DNA of 64,000 nucleotides from Acidimicrobiia bacterium (GTDB lineage Bacteria > Actinomycetota > Acidimicrobiia > Acidimicrobiales > Bin134), in NCBI GenBank assembly GCA_009843865.1, contig VYCQ01000023.1, positions 144,092 through 208,091 on the forward strand, given 5' to 3'. The notes under the pieces were generated by a model. That model searched no databases. It was not told where the DNA came from and saw only the letters and a list, made by a program, of their open reading frames with translations. This document shows, piece by piece, positions 20,157 to 31,221 of the stretch; the first letter of the stretch is position 1, and each line of letters begins with the position of its first letter. Both the position numbers and the translations under genes were made by a program.

Positions 20157-21746
20157 ATGAAATATCTGGCAGCCAAATATCCTCGACGACAAATGCTGAT
20201 CGGATTACTACTCGCATTGGTCATGAGTGCTGTGGTGCCTGTTCATGCTTTTGCGCAACAAACTCAGCAGGATGTTCAAATTCTGCACCTCCAAATCTTG
20301 TACAGCGATGGGTTGATTTATCAGCAAGAAAAATTGCTCAACGCCTATCGTTGCAGGTTTAATATCGACACCATCGTGGTACCGGGAGGATGTCAAGACG
20401 GTGTGTCAGCAGTCCCGCTACCGGTACCACTGCCCTTTACAGGCATCCCTACGACAGAAGAAAAGATCTTGCGAGACAGCACCGTGTTGTCGCAGGAAAC
20501 CTTATTAAATGTCTACCGGTGCATGTTCAGCATTGATACTCAGATAGTGCCTCAAGGTTGTCCTGAGCGCAATCAAACAGCTGCAACGCCAATAACAAGT
20601 GGTGGCTCTTCTTCTAGCAGCGCTGGTAAGGTCGTTACGCCTTTGACCGACACCTCAAAGTGCAGCTTTGCCGACTATGCCACCAATGCGATAGATGCGG
20701 TTTGGCAAGTTCGTGCAGGTCAGAATCTAGGCACAGCTTTTCATCTGGGTCAATACGCTGAGCATTCTTGGTGGCTAACAGCTGAGCATGTGATACGTGA
20801 TGCCGGTTCAATACGACTTACTCACGGAGGACAAAGTCTTATAGCCCGCATCGTGCTAGCCGACCGAGGCGAGGACATTGCGGTGCTGTCCACATCTCCA
20901 TCAACGGCGGCTGAGCTTCAGCTAGGCGGGCTGAGCACTACAAGACCAGGTAGCGACATCTTCGCAGTCGGCTTCCCACTTTATGTGGCATCCACGCCAT
21001 CAATTACACGCGGTATCGTCTCAAGGGTACTTGAAGACCCAATTCTCGGCAGAGTTTTGCAAACAGACACCGCAGTGAACCCGGGAAATAGCGGTGGTCC
21101 CATGCTGAACTCATGTGGATATGTGTTAGGCATGGTGGTAAGCAAGGCAGCGGCAGTCGGCAGTGAGGGTATCAACTACTCGGTTATTGAGCCAAAGTTG
21201 TTAGATGCTCTCACATTTGCTCAAGCCGACCCCAATCAGTCGCCTGCTCCACCTTCTCCCCCTAAACCTGCGATAGGCGTAGATGCCCCTGGCCCGGGAG
21301 AATGGCAGCAAAGTAGCTATAGCAACGGTGATGACTACCTATGGCATGTGTACTACTTGGACGAAAATGGCAACGGGGCTGTCGTCTATGAGTTTCCTTG
21401 CGGTAAGGACTACTACAACCTGGCAATTTGGACCACACGCTGGGATGCCTTAGCACTTGACAATCTTGGATATATCCGTTTTTGGGAAGAATCAAGCCAG
21501 TCTACTGTCAGCTTTCTGCGAGCCAATGTGTCGCAACACACTAGCAATGGCGCAACCCGTTTTGCTCTACGCCGTGAGTTCAATACAGGGGCAGTTCAAG
21601 ATTCAGATCGCTCTTACCGCTTCTACTTCGAACTGTTGGACAGCTTCCAAAATCGTGGGGTGCTGTTGAGCTTTATTTCCTCACCAGCTCACACACAAAT
21701 GGTTGAGGAAGCCCTAACCGTTACACGTAGGGAAGTGGCCTGCTAA
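20157..21746 (+). CDS. Secreted trypsin-like (S1C) serine protease with two N-terminal Cys-containing modules and an unknown C-terminal domain
   Basis: Signal peptide ending AFA; TAEHV, DIAVL and GNSGGP catalytic triad; duplicated QExLLNxYRCxFxID..VPxGC module. Confidence 0.85.
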   Translation: MKYLAAKYPRRQMLIGLLLALVMSAVVPVHAFAQQTQQDVQILHLQILYSDGLIYQQEKLLNAYRCRFNIDTIVVPGGCQDGVSAVPLPVPLPFTGIPTTEEKILRDSTVLSQETLLNVYRCMFSIDTQIVPQGCPERNQTAATPITSGGSSSSSAGKVVTPLTDTSKCSFADYATNAIDAVWQVRAGQNLGTAFHLGQYAEHSWWLTAEHVIRDAGSIRLTHGGQSLIARIVLADRGEDIAVLSTSPSTAAELQLGGLSTTRPGSDIFAVGFPLYVASTPSITRGIVSRVLEDPILGRVLQTDTAVNPGNSGGPMLNSCGYVLGMVVSKAAAVGSEGINYSVIEPKLLDALTFAQADPNQSPAPPSPPKPAIGVDAPGPGEWQQSSYSNGDDYLWHVYYLDENGNGAVVYEFPCGKDYYNLAIWTTRWDALALDNLGYIRFWEESSQSTVSFLRANVSQHTSNGATRFALRREFNTGAVQDSDRSYRFYFELLDSFQNRGVLLSFISSPAHTQMVEEALTVTRREVAC

Positions 21747-21757
21747 CAAGTCGAACC

Positions 21758-22183
21758 TCAACTAGCGTGAGTTATAATCGTTCCTGCTATCACACCTGAG
21801 TTGGGGTTAATGTTGGTCAGCTTGAGAGCAATGAGCATGTGGAACTCTCCTTTGTGCGCATCGCTATCGCCTTGCACTGAGTGATCAATGCTCATGATCT
21901 TGCTGGCAATTGGCTTGTCGCCCACTTGCACTAGCACCTTGTCGCCCACTTGCACGCGCCCACAAATTGCCCGCCCTATTACGAAGAAGTCCTCTTGTGA
22001 CATAGCCTCGGTACGTATCACTTCAAATCGCAGCTTCTCCTTGCTACGTTGCCACCGCTTGAAGAAGGTCTTCCAATTATGGGGCTGATCTTCCCACTCC
22101 CCTTCCACAATTCCCAAATAATTTCCCATTATGGAAAAACTAGCGAAATGGGAGACAGACTTCGTAATTACCGACATACTCAC
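21758..22183 (-). CDS. Hypothetical protein; C-terminal half resembles an EF-Tu domain II-like beta-barrel
   Basis: FVIGRAICGRVQVGDKVLV...KIMSI...G.II pattern; contains an 18-bp internal duplication. Confidence 0.45.
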   Translation of the reverse strand: MSMSVITKSVSHFASFSIMGNYLGIVEGEWEDQPHNWKTFFKRWQRSKEKLRFEVIRTEAMSQEDFFVIGRAICGRVQVGDKVLVQVGDKPIASKIMSIDHSVQGDSDAHKGEFHMLIALKLTNINPNSGVIAGTIITHAS

Positions 22184-22284
22184 CTATGCTGATTCGCTAC
22201 AAACTAGTGGCAGTACACCTGTAAACTTTTCCCGTTGGTTCCTCGCCACTCTCTTCTGATACCACCCAATCAGAAAGCGTACAC

Positions 22285-23982
22285 ATGTCTTTTCCTTCTG
22301 ATCTGGAAATCGCCCGCAACGCCCACTTGCGCCCCCTGTCTGAGGTAGCTGCTCAAGCTGCTATCCCCATCGACTTGTTAGAGCTTTACGGGTCGGGAGT
22401 AGCCAAAATTGGCCTGGATGCTATAGAGGCACTTGTTAACCGCCCTCGTGCTCGTTATGTGGTGGTAACGGCTATTACTCCTACCACGTTGGGCGAAGGA
22501 AAAACCACCACTACCGTGGGTTTAGGACAAGGATTTGCTCATATCAACAAGCGTGCCACTATAGTCATTCGCCAACCCTCTCTAGGGCCTACCTTCGGCA
22601 TTAAGGGGGGTGCCGCAGGAGGCGGTTATAGCCAGGTGGTGCCTATGGAGTTGTTCAACTTGCATCTCACGGGCGACACGCATGCGGTAACCGCAGCTCA
22701 CAACATGTGCTCAGCTATGTTGGATGCTCATATTTTTCATGGCAACGAGCTGGGCTTAGATCTGCACAACATCACTTGGCGACGAGCATTAGACATTAAT
22801 GACCGTGCATTGCGGAACATGGTTGTGGGTCTTGGCGGTCGCCTAGATGGTGTGCCTCGTGAAAGTGGCTTTGATATCACCGCAGCTTCTGAGGTAATGG
22901 CAACCCTGGCCTTGGCTACTTCGCTTCAAGATTTGCGAGTTCGATTAGGTCGTATTGTGGTGGGCTACACAAAACAGAACACTCCAGTAACTGCCGAGGA
23001 TTTACAAGTAGCAGGAGCCATGGCAGTGCTATTAAAAGATGCTCTCAAGCCCAACCTGATGCAAACTCTCGAAGGTAGCCCCGCATTAGTACACTGCGGA
23101 CCTTTTGGCAACATTGCAACCGGCCACTCATCTATTGTGGCCGACAAGATTGCTATAAGTACCGGCGACTATCTGATAACCGAAGCTGGCTTTGGAGCCG
23201 ACATGGGAGCCGAACGCTTTTTCAACATCAAGTGCCGCTACTCGGGCCTAGTTCCTGATGCCGCAGTGATGGTGGCCACCGTGCGAGGGCTCAAAGCTCA
23301 TTCTGGCAATCATCACATCGTGGCAGGCCACCCTCTGCCCGAAGCTCTGCTAGCCGAAAACCCTGATGAAGTACATGCTGGTGGTGATAATCTTCGCAAG
23401 CAACTCGCCAACATACAGGTCCACGGGGTCACGCCGGTGGTCGCCATCAACGCGTTTCCCGAAGATCATGATGCCGATCTAGCCGCCATCGCAGAGATTG
23501 CAGATGAATACGGTGTGCGCTGCGTGAGAACAACTCATTTTACCGATGGTGGATCTGGGGCGGTTCAGTTAGCTGAGGCTGTGGCCGAAGCTTGTGAGGA
23601 ACCGAGCACGTTCAAGCTGCTCTATAGAGATGACTTGTCGCTTAAAGACAAGATTGCGGCAGTGGCCGACACCATCTATGGAGCTGAAAAAGTGGAGTAC
23701 TCCACAAAGGCTAACCGTCAGCTAAACATCTATGAGGCTGCTGGTTTCGGGCATTTACCGGTCTGCATTGCTAAAACCCATCTGTCTATTTCTTCCGACC
23801 CATCTCTTAAGGGTGCTCCCACGGGTTGGACGCTGTCAGTACGCGAGGTCAGAGCATCGGCGGGTGCCGGGTTCGTGTATCCCATTTGTGGAGATATGCG
23901 TACTATGCCGGGGTTAGGCCGCCAACCTGCCGCGATGAACATAGACTTGGATGAAGACGGCCAAATTGTGGGTCTCAGCTAG
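22285..23982 (+). CDS. fhs: Formate--tetrahydrofolate ligase
   Basis: TPTTLGEGKTTT, GIKGGAAGGGYSQV, HCGPFGNIA, TEAGFGADMGAERF, MRTMPGL. Confidence 0.97.
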   Translation: MSFPSDLEIARNAHLRPLSEVAAQAAIPIDLLELYGSGVAKIGLDAIEALVNRPRARYVVVTAITPTTLGEGKTTTTVGLGQGFAHINKRATIVIRQPSLGPTFGIKGGAAGGGYSQVVPMELFNLHLTGDTHAVTAAHNMCSAMLDAHIFHGNELGLDLHNITWRRALDINDRALRNMVVGLGGRLDGVPRESGFDITAASEVMATLALATSLQDLRVRLGRIVVGYTKQNTPVTAEDLQVAGAMAVLLKDALKPNLMQTLEGSPALVHCGPFGNIATGHSSIVADKIAISTGDYLITEAGFGADMGAERFFNIKCRYSGLVPDAAVMVATVRGLKAHSGNHHIVAGHPLPEALLAENPDEVHAGGDNLRKQLANIQVHGVTPVVAINAFPEDHDADLAAIAEIADEYGVRCVRTTHFTDGGSGAVQLAEAVAEACEEPSTFKLLYRDDLSLKDKIAAVADTIYGAEKVEYSTKANRQLNIYEAAGFGHLPVCIAKTHLSISSDPSLKGAPTGWTLSVREVRASAGAGFVYPICGDMRTMPGLGRQPAAMNIDLDEDGQIVGLS

Positions 23983-23986
23983 GGCC

Positions 23987-24844
23987 ATGTCTGTGATCAA
24001 ATTAGACGGCGAAATGCTGTCAGCTGAAATAAAACAAGATCTTGTGACTCGAATAGCAGCTTTAACTGAGCAAAGCATAACGCCTGCTCTGGGTACGCTT
24101 TTAGTAGGTGACGATGGTCCTTCGGCCAATTATGTAGCTATGAAGCACCGTGACTGCGTAGAGTTAGGCATAAGTTCGCGCTTAGTCCACTTGCCATCTA
24201 CCGCCAGCCAAGCCGATGTCGCCGCGGTGGTTGAGGATTTCAACGCCGATTCTTTTTTGCATGCCTACATCTTGCAGTATCCGTTTCCCGAGCATCTGGA
24301 CTATGAGGCTGCTCTGATAAGCGTGCTACCTGAAAAAGATGCCGATGGGCTACACCCGATCAACTTGGGTAAGCTAGTACAAGGCATTGAAGCCCCTCTG
24401 GCATGTACTCCAAGAGGCATTCAGCTATTACTCAAGCGCTATGACATTCCCATAGCGGGCCGCCATATAGTGATAATCGGTCGAGGACTCACCATCGGTC
24501 GTCCCTTAGCCAACCTCTTATCGCTGAAACATCCTGATGCTAATGCCGCTATCACGGTGGTACACACTGGGGTTAACGACATCGCTCGATTTACAAGAAC
24601 CGCAGACATCCTTGTGGCAGCCGCTGGAACTCCTCACATAGTGAAACCCCATATGGTTAAACCTGGCGCAGCAGTGGTGGCCGCAGGAGTGAGTTTTGTG
24701 GACGGCAAATTGGTTTCTGATGTGGATGATGAAGTAGCTGATGTGGCAGGCTGGCTATCACCCAGAATTGGTGGTGTGGGCCCAATGACACGCGCCATTC
24801 TCATGGCAAACACCGTTGCTGCCGCAGAGCGAGCCACCAGCTAG
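23987..24844 (+). CDS. folD: Methylenetetrahydrofolate dehydrogenase/cyclohydrolase
   Basis: YVAMK, KDADGLHP, CTPRGI, GGVGPMTRA; ATG at 23987 just after the fhs stop. Confidence 0.96.
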   Translation: MSVIKLDGEMLSAEIKQDLVTRIAALTEQSITPALGTLLVGDDGPSANYVAMKHRDCVELGISSRLVHLPSTASQADVAAVVEDFNADSFLHAYILQYPFPEHLDYEAALISVLPEKDADGLHPINLGKLVQGIEAPLACTPRGIQLLLKRYDIPIAGRHIVIIGRGLTIGRPLANLLSLKHPDANAAITVVHTGVNDIARFTRTADILVAAAGTPHIVKPHMVKPGAAVVAAGVSFVDGKLVSDVDDEVADVAGWLSPRIGGVGPMTRAILMANTVAAAERATS

Positions 24845-24902
24845 GAGTGGCTCACCACTGAGCTTATATTGCTGTTCATGCCAATGTGCATGAACAGCAA
24901 GG

Positions 24903-27900
24903 TCATTGGGGCAAAACCCTGACAATCTGGATTTGCCTGTTTGGATCAAGCAATAACGCAGCAGCCTCTTTCACATCTTGCAGGGTTATCTCCTTCAAAC
25001 CGTCAATCAGATCTTGATGCGTGATGGCATCATCGCCTCCTGAAACGACCCACGCACTTAAGGATTCGATGATGTCGCTGTTCGTCAATAATTCAAGATC
25101 ATCGCTCAGCACAGAGTGACCCTGAACAAACTCTTCGGAGGATATCTCACCAGCATGAAATTCCTTGAGGATGCGAGCCATCTTTGCTTCTATGTTGCTC
25201 ATCTGCGTGGGGGCTCCGGTTGCTAGAGCTGAAATGGTGATATTAGGTGTTGGGGTGAGCCCTATGCGCACTGACGCTTCCGCACCATAAGACTCGCCCA
25301 ATTCTTCGCGCACTTCGTTGAGAAGCTTGGTGCTCAAGATGACTTGAAGCACACGACTAGCCAGGAACAAGTTACGGTTGAGTTCTACTTCTGTTTCAAA
25401 AATATACGTGGCTCTTGTGGATTGATTCTCAGGACTCAGAACCACCTCTTGGCGCACAACTTCATCAGGTAAGGAGCCTCTACGATCCATGTAGGTGTCG
25501 GATTCTTTAGCTGGCAGGGTGCCAACATAGGTGCGGGCCAGCTCAGCGACCACATCACGCTCCACATCGCCGACCACGATCACTGTTAAGTCGTCAATCC
25601 CGCCTAAGCGCTTTTGATAGATATCAAGCATGTCTTCAGCAGTTAGATCTGTTAGCTGTTCTTGCGAAGGTATTGGGTTGTACCAAGAGTAAGCATCACC
25701 GTGACGAGCTTGAAGTAGTGCTATAATCTCGCGTACATCTGGATCAGATTGGGCTAGGGAGATGTAGATGCCGCCAACATTAATGGCCTCTGCAAATGCT
25801 TGTTCGTCCACTCTCGGTGCTGTTACATACAGGTACATGAGCTGAAACATTGCTTCTGTTCCGACAGTGGTTGAAGAGCCAACAACACCTTCAGAAAACT
25901 CACCGATATAAGAGCGAACATTTATATTGTTTTCTGAGGAATAAGCAGTTAACTGATTTCTGCTGTAGCTCCCAAGCCCACTGGCATTCACAGCACGCGG
26001 TACCAAAGTTTGAGCGATCGGTCGCTCACCTTCGGAAAACAGCGACCAGCCACCCCAAGAAAAAGCGTTCAAGACTACTGCGTTTTCTGATATGCCAGAG
26101 TAGGCATACAGCACTTGAGCGCCATTATCAAAGACCCATCGATATGGGTCGTTCAGCTCGTCTGTAAGCGTCTCAATTGGGCCTTCGCTACTTGGTTCAA
26201 CGCTTGCTGGCGGCTCTATTAGCTGTGTGATGATTTCCAATTCGGCAGGTAGCTGTCCTGGTGCAGCAGCTTCTAATGCAGCCTTTAATTCTGAAGCTGT
26301 CGGTAAATCAGAATCTTGGGGTGCCACCCCAATGATAATGGGCTCACTTAAAGCTAAAATTGCTCGGTATCGCTCGGTTAGCTCCCCTATTTGCAAGTCA
26401 TCTAAAAGGGTGTTTACCCGTGCTGCGCGGCTTTCTGGAGTAGAAATATCAGAACTAGCTAAGAAGTGTGCCGTATATGCTTCAGCCAATTCAGTATCTC
26501 GTCTTGTGGCCGCAGCATCCACCGATGCTTGCAATTCGGCTCGCATTTCTCTAGATGCCCGATCAAAATCAGCTTGGCTAAATCCTAGTTCGGCCAAGCT
26601 CAACAATAAAGACCAGTAGTCTGTTAACGCCGTAGCAAAGTTGTCTGCACGCAAGTTGGTGCCGTAGTAACGCAACCCACGAGTATGAGAAAAACTTGAC
26701 CAGAATGCTGGGTCAATCTGAGATAAAAAACCTTGTTCATAGGCATCTTGCAAACGATTGTTCACCATGCTGGCGATGATTCGCTCAATCCAAAGCTGCC
26801 GGTTACCTGCGATGGTACCGGGATCCCAAGACGGTAGGCGTATGTCCAAAGATAAATAAGGATAAGCCTGCTCAGAGGAAGTGGCATTAGTAATGATTAA
26901 GTCATGGTCAATAGCCGACCGATGTTCAACCTCAAGGGGTACCTCCCCTGCACCGATGTCATCGAAATACTCCTCTACCAGAGATTGCAGCGTGTCTACC
27001 GGTAAGTCGCCTACCGCAATAACTGCCATGTTGGAGGGCACGTACCAGGATTCATAGAACGTCCTCAGATCTTGAGCAGTAGTAGCTGTAATGCTCTCTA
27101 TAGTGCCAATTGGACTGCGGCCCTCATAAGGAGTGCCCTCGGTATAAACATTATCGAAAACGCGGAATATTTTACCGTCTCCGGATTCAACTCGTAACCG
27201 GTACTCATCGCGGATTATCCCCTGTTCTTCCTCCACATCCTCAGCACTAATGGTTGCGGCATGCGCCCACTCAGAAAGAACCCCAAAAGCTGTAGCAACT
27301 GAGTCCTCTTTTTCGTCAATAATAAGATCTAGCTTGTACACCGTCTCGTCGTAAGACGTGTAAGCGTTGATATCAGGGCCAAACTCAATACCGATGCTCT
27401 GAAGGGCATCGGTAATTTCGTTACCAGGATATTTCTTTGTGCCGTTGAACAACATGTGTTCTAGATAGTGGGCATAGCCAGCTCCGATAAAAGGCTCGTT
27501 CAAGGAACCAGCATTGACGGCAAGCCGCAAAGACAAAGACCCGCCCGGTGATTCGTTGGAACGCAGATAGTAGGTGAGGCCGTTGGCCAAGGTGCCGATA
27601 CGTACTGCGGGGTCTACAGGTAACGAAATCGCAGCAGTATCTGTGCTCTCAGCATCAGGGGTCACAGCACCGTCGCTGCTACTTGATGTAGATGAGCCTG
27701 CCAGCTCACCCTCATCGTTTGCAGCCTCACCCTCATCTTGCGGCCCTTCGTCGCTGGTAGCACCATCAGCATCACCACCAGCATCACTATCAGTACCAGT
27801 ATCACTATCAGCGCTATCAGCTGACTCTGTTTCACTAGCAGATTCTTCTTCACTGATGGAATCGCCTTCATCAGCGGGACTGTCTTCATCAGTGGATGTC

Positions 27901-28025
27901 GCTTCACCGATAGATGTTGTTGCTTGCGGGGTTGCAGTGTTTGGTACCGCATTCTCCACAGCACTATCGCTACAGCTAGACACAAACAGGACTGCACAAA
28001 GCAAAAGGGCGAAAGTTTTTCTCAT
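24903..28025 (-). CDS. M16 family zinc peptidase (PqqL-like) lipoprotein with acidic disordered N-terminal linker
   Basis: Lipobox VSSC, ~100 aa D/E/S-rich linker, GTLANGLTYY, HYLEH inverted zinc motif, NAYTSYDETVY. Confidence 0.9.
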   Translation of the reverse strand: MRKTFALLLCAVLFVSSCSDSAVENAVPNTATPQATTSIGEATSTDEDSPADEGDSISEEESASETESADSADSDTGTDSDAGGDADGATSDEGPQDEGEAANDEGELAGSSTSSSSDGAVTPDAESTDTAAISLPVDPAVRIGTLANGLTYYLRSNESPGGSLSLRLAVNAGSLNEPFIGAGYAHYLEHMLFNGTKKYPGNEITDALQSIGIEFGPDINAYTSYDETVYKLDLIIDEKEDSVATAFGVLSEWAHAATISAEDVEEEQGIIRDEYRLRVESGDGKIFRVFDNVYTEGTPYEGRSPIGTIESITATTAQDLRTFYESWYVPSNMAVIAVGDLPVDTLQSLVEEYFDDIGAGEVPLEVEHRSAIDHDLIITNATSSEQAYPYLSLDIRLPSWDPGTIAGNRQLWIERIIASMVNNRLQDAYEQGFLSQIDPAFWSSFSHTRGLRYYGTNLRADNFATALTDYWSLLLSLAELGFSQADFDRASREMRAELQASVDAAATRRDTELAEAYTAHFLASSDISTPESRAARVNTLLDDLQIGELTERYRAILALSEPIIIGVAPQDSDLPTASELKAALEAAAPGQLPAELEIITQLIEPPASVEPSSEGPIETLTDELNDPYRWVFDNGAQVLYAYSGISENAVVLNAFSWGGWSLFSEGERPIAQTLVPRAVNASGLGSYSRNQLTAYSSENNINVRSYIGEFSEGVVGSSTTVGTEAMFQLMYLYVTAPRVDEQAFAEAINVGGIYISLAQSDPDVREIIALLQARHGDAYSWYNPIPSQEQLTDLTAEDMLDIYQKRLGGIDDLTVIVVGDVERDVVAELARTYVGTLPAKESDTYMDRRGSLPDEVVRQEVVLSPENQSTRATYIFETEVELNRNLFLASRVLQVILSTKLLNEVREELGESYGAEASVRIGLTPTPNITISALATGAPTQMSNIEAKMARILKEFHAGEISSEEFVQGHSVLSDDLELLTNSDIIESLSAWVVSGGDDAITHQDLIDGLKEITLQDVKEAAALLLDPNRQIQIVRVLPQ

Positions 28026-28276
28026 GGTTGTTCAGCTCTCCTCAGCATTTAGGGATCTTCAGCCAGTTTTTTTTTAAGGACTAAACCCTGTGATGATTTC
28101 AGAATTGTGAAGATTTCAATCGTTTAGACTACTTATAAAGTGTAAGCCTTTGGTGGTTTAGATTCTGAATTATCTGAATGTGTTGGGTCTCTTAGTTTGT
28201 CCGGTAAGTTAGAAACCGGTGTCTGTCCCACAATCCGAATAAGGGACGTTCATACACATAATAAATCAAGGTTGAC

Positions 28277-31195
28277 ATGATCTGCCCCCCCACCCCTTCT
28301 ATCGCCGAGTTAGATAACCCTCAAGAGTTTCTAGCTCGACACATCGGCCCCACCACCCAAGAACAAGCGCTTATGTTAAGCGAACTGGGCTTCGACAGCA
28401 TTGATGCGCTTCTAGACGCTGTTGTGCCCTCCAACATCCGTTCAAAAAGCCCACTAGACCTTCCTCCGCCAATGACCGAAGCCGTCACCACTGAGGCTTT
28501 GCGAAAAATAGCTGGCCGCAACATCATAGCCACCTCGCTGATAGGCATGGGCTATTACAACACTATTACTCCAGCGGTAATCCGCCGCAATGTGCTAGAA
28601 AACCCAACCTGGTATACGGCCTATACCCCATATCAGCCCGAAATCTCTCAGGGGCGGCTTGAGGCTCTAATTAACTTCCAAACAATGGTCACTGATTTAA
28701 CCGGCATGGGCATGGCTAATGCTTCATTGCTTGATGAGGGAACTGCGGCTGCTGAAGCAATGACGCTGTTGCGGCGTTTGAATCGTAAAACCGCCAAGGA
28801 TCGCTTCGTGGTGGATGCAGACACCCATCCCCAAACTATGGATGTCATTCATACTCGTGCCGCTCCACTAGGTATCGAAGTAGAGATAGCTGATTTAAAC
28901 GCTGCCAACATCGCCCGCCTAGCCGAAAGAGCGTTTGCAGTGCTTGTGTCATACCCTGCAAGCTCTGGTCGCATCAACGACATAGGTAGCATTATTTCTG
29001 AAGCACACAACGCAAATGCCCTAGTGTCGGTGGCCAGTGATTTGTTGGCATTGTGCCTGTTGACACCCCCCGGTGAGTTAGGTGCCGATGTGGTGGTGGG
29101 ATCATCGCAACGCTTTGGAGTGCCGTTGGGGTTCGGTGGACCTCATGCTGGCTTTATTGCAGTACGCGAAGCAGCCATGCGTTCTCTGCCAGGGCGACTA
29201 GTAGGAGTATCGGTAGACGATACCGGAGCCGTGGCTTACCGTCTCGCCCTTCAAACTCGCGAGCAACACATCCGCCGCGAGAAGGCCACCAGCAACATCT
29301 GCACAGCTCAAGTGCTGTTAGCCGTCATGGCTGCCATGTATGCCATCTATCATGGTCCTGAAGGACTTACCCGGATCGCTACACGCACTCATCGCCTCAC
29401 CGCCATTGCCGCTGCTGGCCTCCGTGAAGCTGGCTATGAACTTGCCGCAAATTACTTTTTTGACACAGTTACCGTAAGCACCCCCAACCAAGCCTCCCAA
29501 GTTACAGCAGCAGCCCTTAGAGAGGGTCTCAACCTTCGTCGCGTAGACAACAAAACGGTGGCTTTTTCATTGGATGAGACCAGCACTGCTACCACGCTAG
29601 ATGTCCTATGGCGGGCATTTAATATTCAGCGAAGCCCGGATAGCCATAATGAAGCTATCCAAAGCCTTGATAGCAGCACTCCTGATGCGTTGCCAACCAA
29701 CCTACGCCGAAGCAGCAGCTTTCTAACCCATCCCGTTTTCAACAGCTATCACAGTGAAACTGAGATGTTGCGTTATCTTCAGCATTTGGCTTCCAAAGAT
29801 TTAGCTCTAGATCGCAGCATGATCCCACTGGGGTCATGCACTATGAAACTCAATGCCGCTGTCCAAATGGAACCGATAAGTTGGCCAGAGTTTGCTCAAA
29901 TCCACCCGTTTGCTCCCTCTGATCAAACCCAAGGCTATCGAGCATTAATTGCTGATCTAGAGCAAGCGTTGCTAAAGATTACCGGCTATGCAGCCATCTC
30001 ATTGCAACCAAATGCTGGTGCACAAGGAGAATTGGCTGGCCTGCTAGCTATCCGCGCTTATCATGCTGCTCAGGGACAAAACCAACGAAACATTTGCTTG
30101 ATTCCCGCTTCGGCGCATGGCACCAACGCAGCTAGCGCAATCATGGCCGGGATGCAGGTGGTAGTGGTTGCCTGCGATGCCGATGGGAACGTGGACATAG
30201 CCGATCTGAAATCCAAAGCGGTGCAACACGCAGAGCAACTCAGCACTTTGATGGTCACATATCCTTCCACTCATGGCGTGTTTGAAACACACATAGTTGA
30301 GGTATGTGACCTAATCCATCTTCACGGCGGGCAGGTTTACCTAGACGGTGCCAACCTGAACGCCCTAGTGGGTATAGCTCAGCCGGGCCAATTTGGTGCC
30401 GATGTGTCTCACTTAAATTTGCACAAAACCTTTTGTATTCCACACGGCGGCGGCGGCCCCGGAGTTGGTCCCATAGCGGTGGGCGCTCACTTAGCGCCTT
30501 ACTTGCCTAAGCATGCGTTAGTTCCCGAAGCGGGCCCATCAAGCGGAGTAGGAGCCGTGTCTTCAGCCCCTTGGGGCTCTGCGGGTATATTGCCGATTTC
30601 TTGGGCCTACATCACTGCTATGGGAGCAAATGGGCTTACTCAAGCCACTCGAGTTGCTTTGCTCAATGCCAACTACCTAGCAGCACGATTAAAGAACCTG
30701 TTTCCCCTGCTCTACACCGGCAGCAATGGTCTAGTTGCCCACGAATGCATCATTGACTTACGTCCTTTGCACGACCGCACAGGTGTCACTGTGGACGATG
30801 TGGCCAAACGCCTCATCGATTTCGGGTTTCATGCCCCTACCGTTTCTTTTCCGGTCGCGGGCACGCTGATGGTGGAACCCACCGAATCGGAATCCAAAGC
30901 AGAACTGGATCGCTTCGTGGCTGCTATGAGCGCCATCCGCGCTGAAATCCAGCAAGTGGCTGACGGCATCATCACTATAGAAAAAAGCCCACTGCGCAGA
31001 GCTCCTCACACTGCGACAGCAATAGCCGACCATGATTGGGATCGCCCCTACTCGCGCAAACAAGCTGTGTTTGGTTTACAGGGAATCGCCGATCACAAAT
31101 ATTGGCCTCCTGTAGGGCGTATTGACGGTGCCTACGGTGACAAGAACGTTTTCTGTACCTGCCCACCCCTAGAAGACTTAACTGATAGTCAATAA
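28277..31195 (+). CDS. gcvP: Glycine dehydrogenase (decarboxylating), P protein
   Basis: [53 protein letters not shown]. Confidence 0.98.
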   Translation: MICPPTPSIAELDNPQEFLARHIGPTTQEQALMLSELGFDSIDALLDAVVPSNIRSKSPLDLPPPMTEAVTTEALRKIAGRNIIATSLIGMGYYNTITPAVIRRNVLENPTWYTAYTPYQPEISQGRLEALINFQTMVTDLTGMGMANASLLDEGTAAAEAMTLLRRLNRKTAKDRFVVDADTHPQTMDVIHTRAAPLGIEVEIADLNAANIARLAERAFAVLVSYPASSGRINDIGSIISEAHNANALVSVASDLLALCLLTPPGELGADVVVGSSQRFGVPLGFGGPHAGFIAVREAAMRSLPGRLVGVSVDDTGAVAYRLALQTREQHIRREKATSNICTAQVLLAVMAAMYAIYHGPEGLTRIATRTHRLTAIAAAGLREAGYELAANYFFDTVTVSTPNQASQVTAAALREGLNLRRVDNKTVAFSLDETSTATTLDVLWRAFNIQRSPDSHNEAIQSLDSSTPDALPTNLRRSSSFLTHPVFNSYHSETEMLRYLQHLASKDLALDRSMIPLGSCTMKLNAAVQMEPISWPEFAQIHPFAPSDQTQGYRALIADLEQALLKITGYAAISLQPNAGAQGELAGLLAIRAYHAAQGQNQRNICLIPASAHGTNAASAIMAGMQVVVVACDADGNVDIADLKSKAVQHAEQLSTLMVTYPSTHGVFETHIVEVCDLIHLHGGQVYLDGANLNALVGIAQPGQFGADVSHLNLHKTFCIPHGGGGPGVGPIAVGAHLAPYLPKHALVPEAGPSSGVGAVSSAPWGSAGILPISWAYITAMGANGLTQATRVALLNANYLAARLKNLFPLLYTGSNGLVAHECIIDLRPLHDRTGVTVDDVAKRLIDFGFHAPTVSFPVAGTLMVEPTESESKAELDRFVAAMSAIRAEIQQVADGIITIEKSPLRRAPHTATAIADHDWDRPYSRKQAVFGLQGIADHKYWPPVGRIDGAYGDKNVFCTCPPLEDLTDSQ

Positions 31196-31221
31196 ACAAG
31201 TTCCCGCAAAAGGCATGGGGC

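Noticed and set aside
27640-27960. Repetitive GCATCA/TCAGC-rich DNA
   Set aside because: Explained by the acidic low-complexity linker of the M16 peptidase
28026-28276. Glycine riboswitch expected upstream of gcvP
   Set aside because: No GGAGA...CCGAAG...CTCTCAGG core seen
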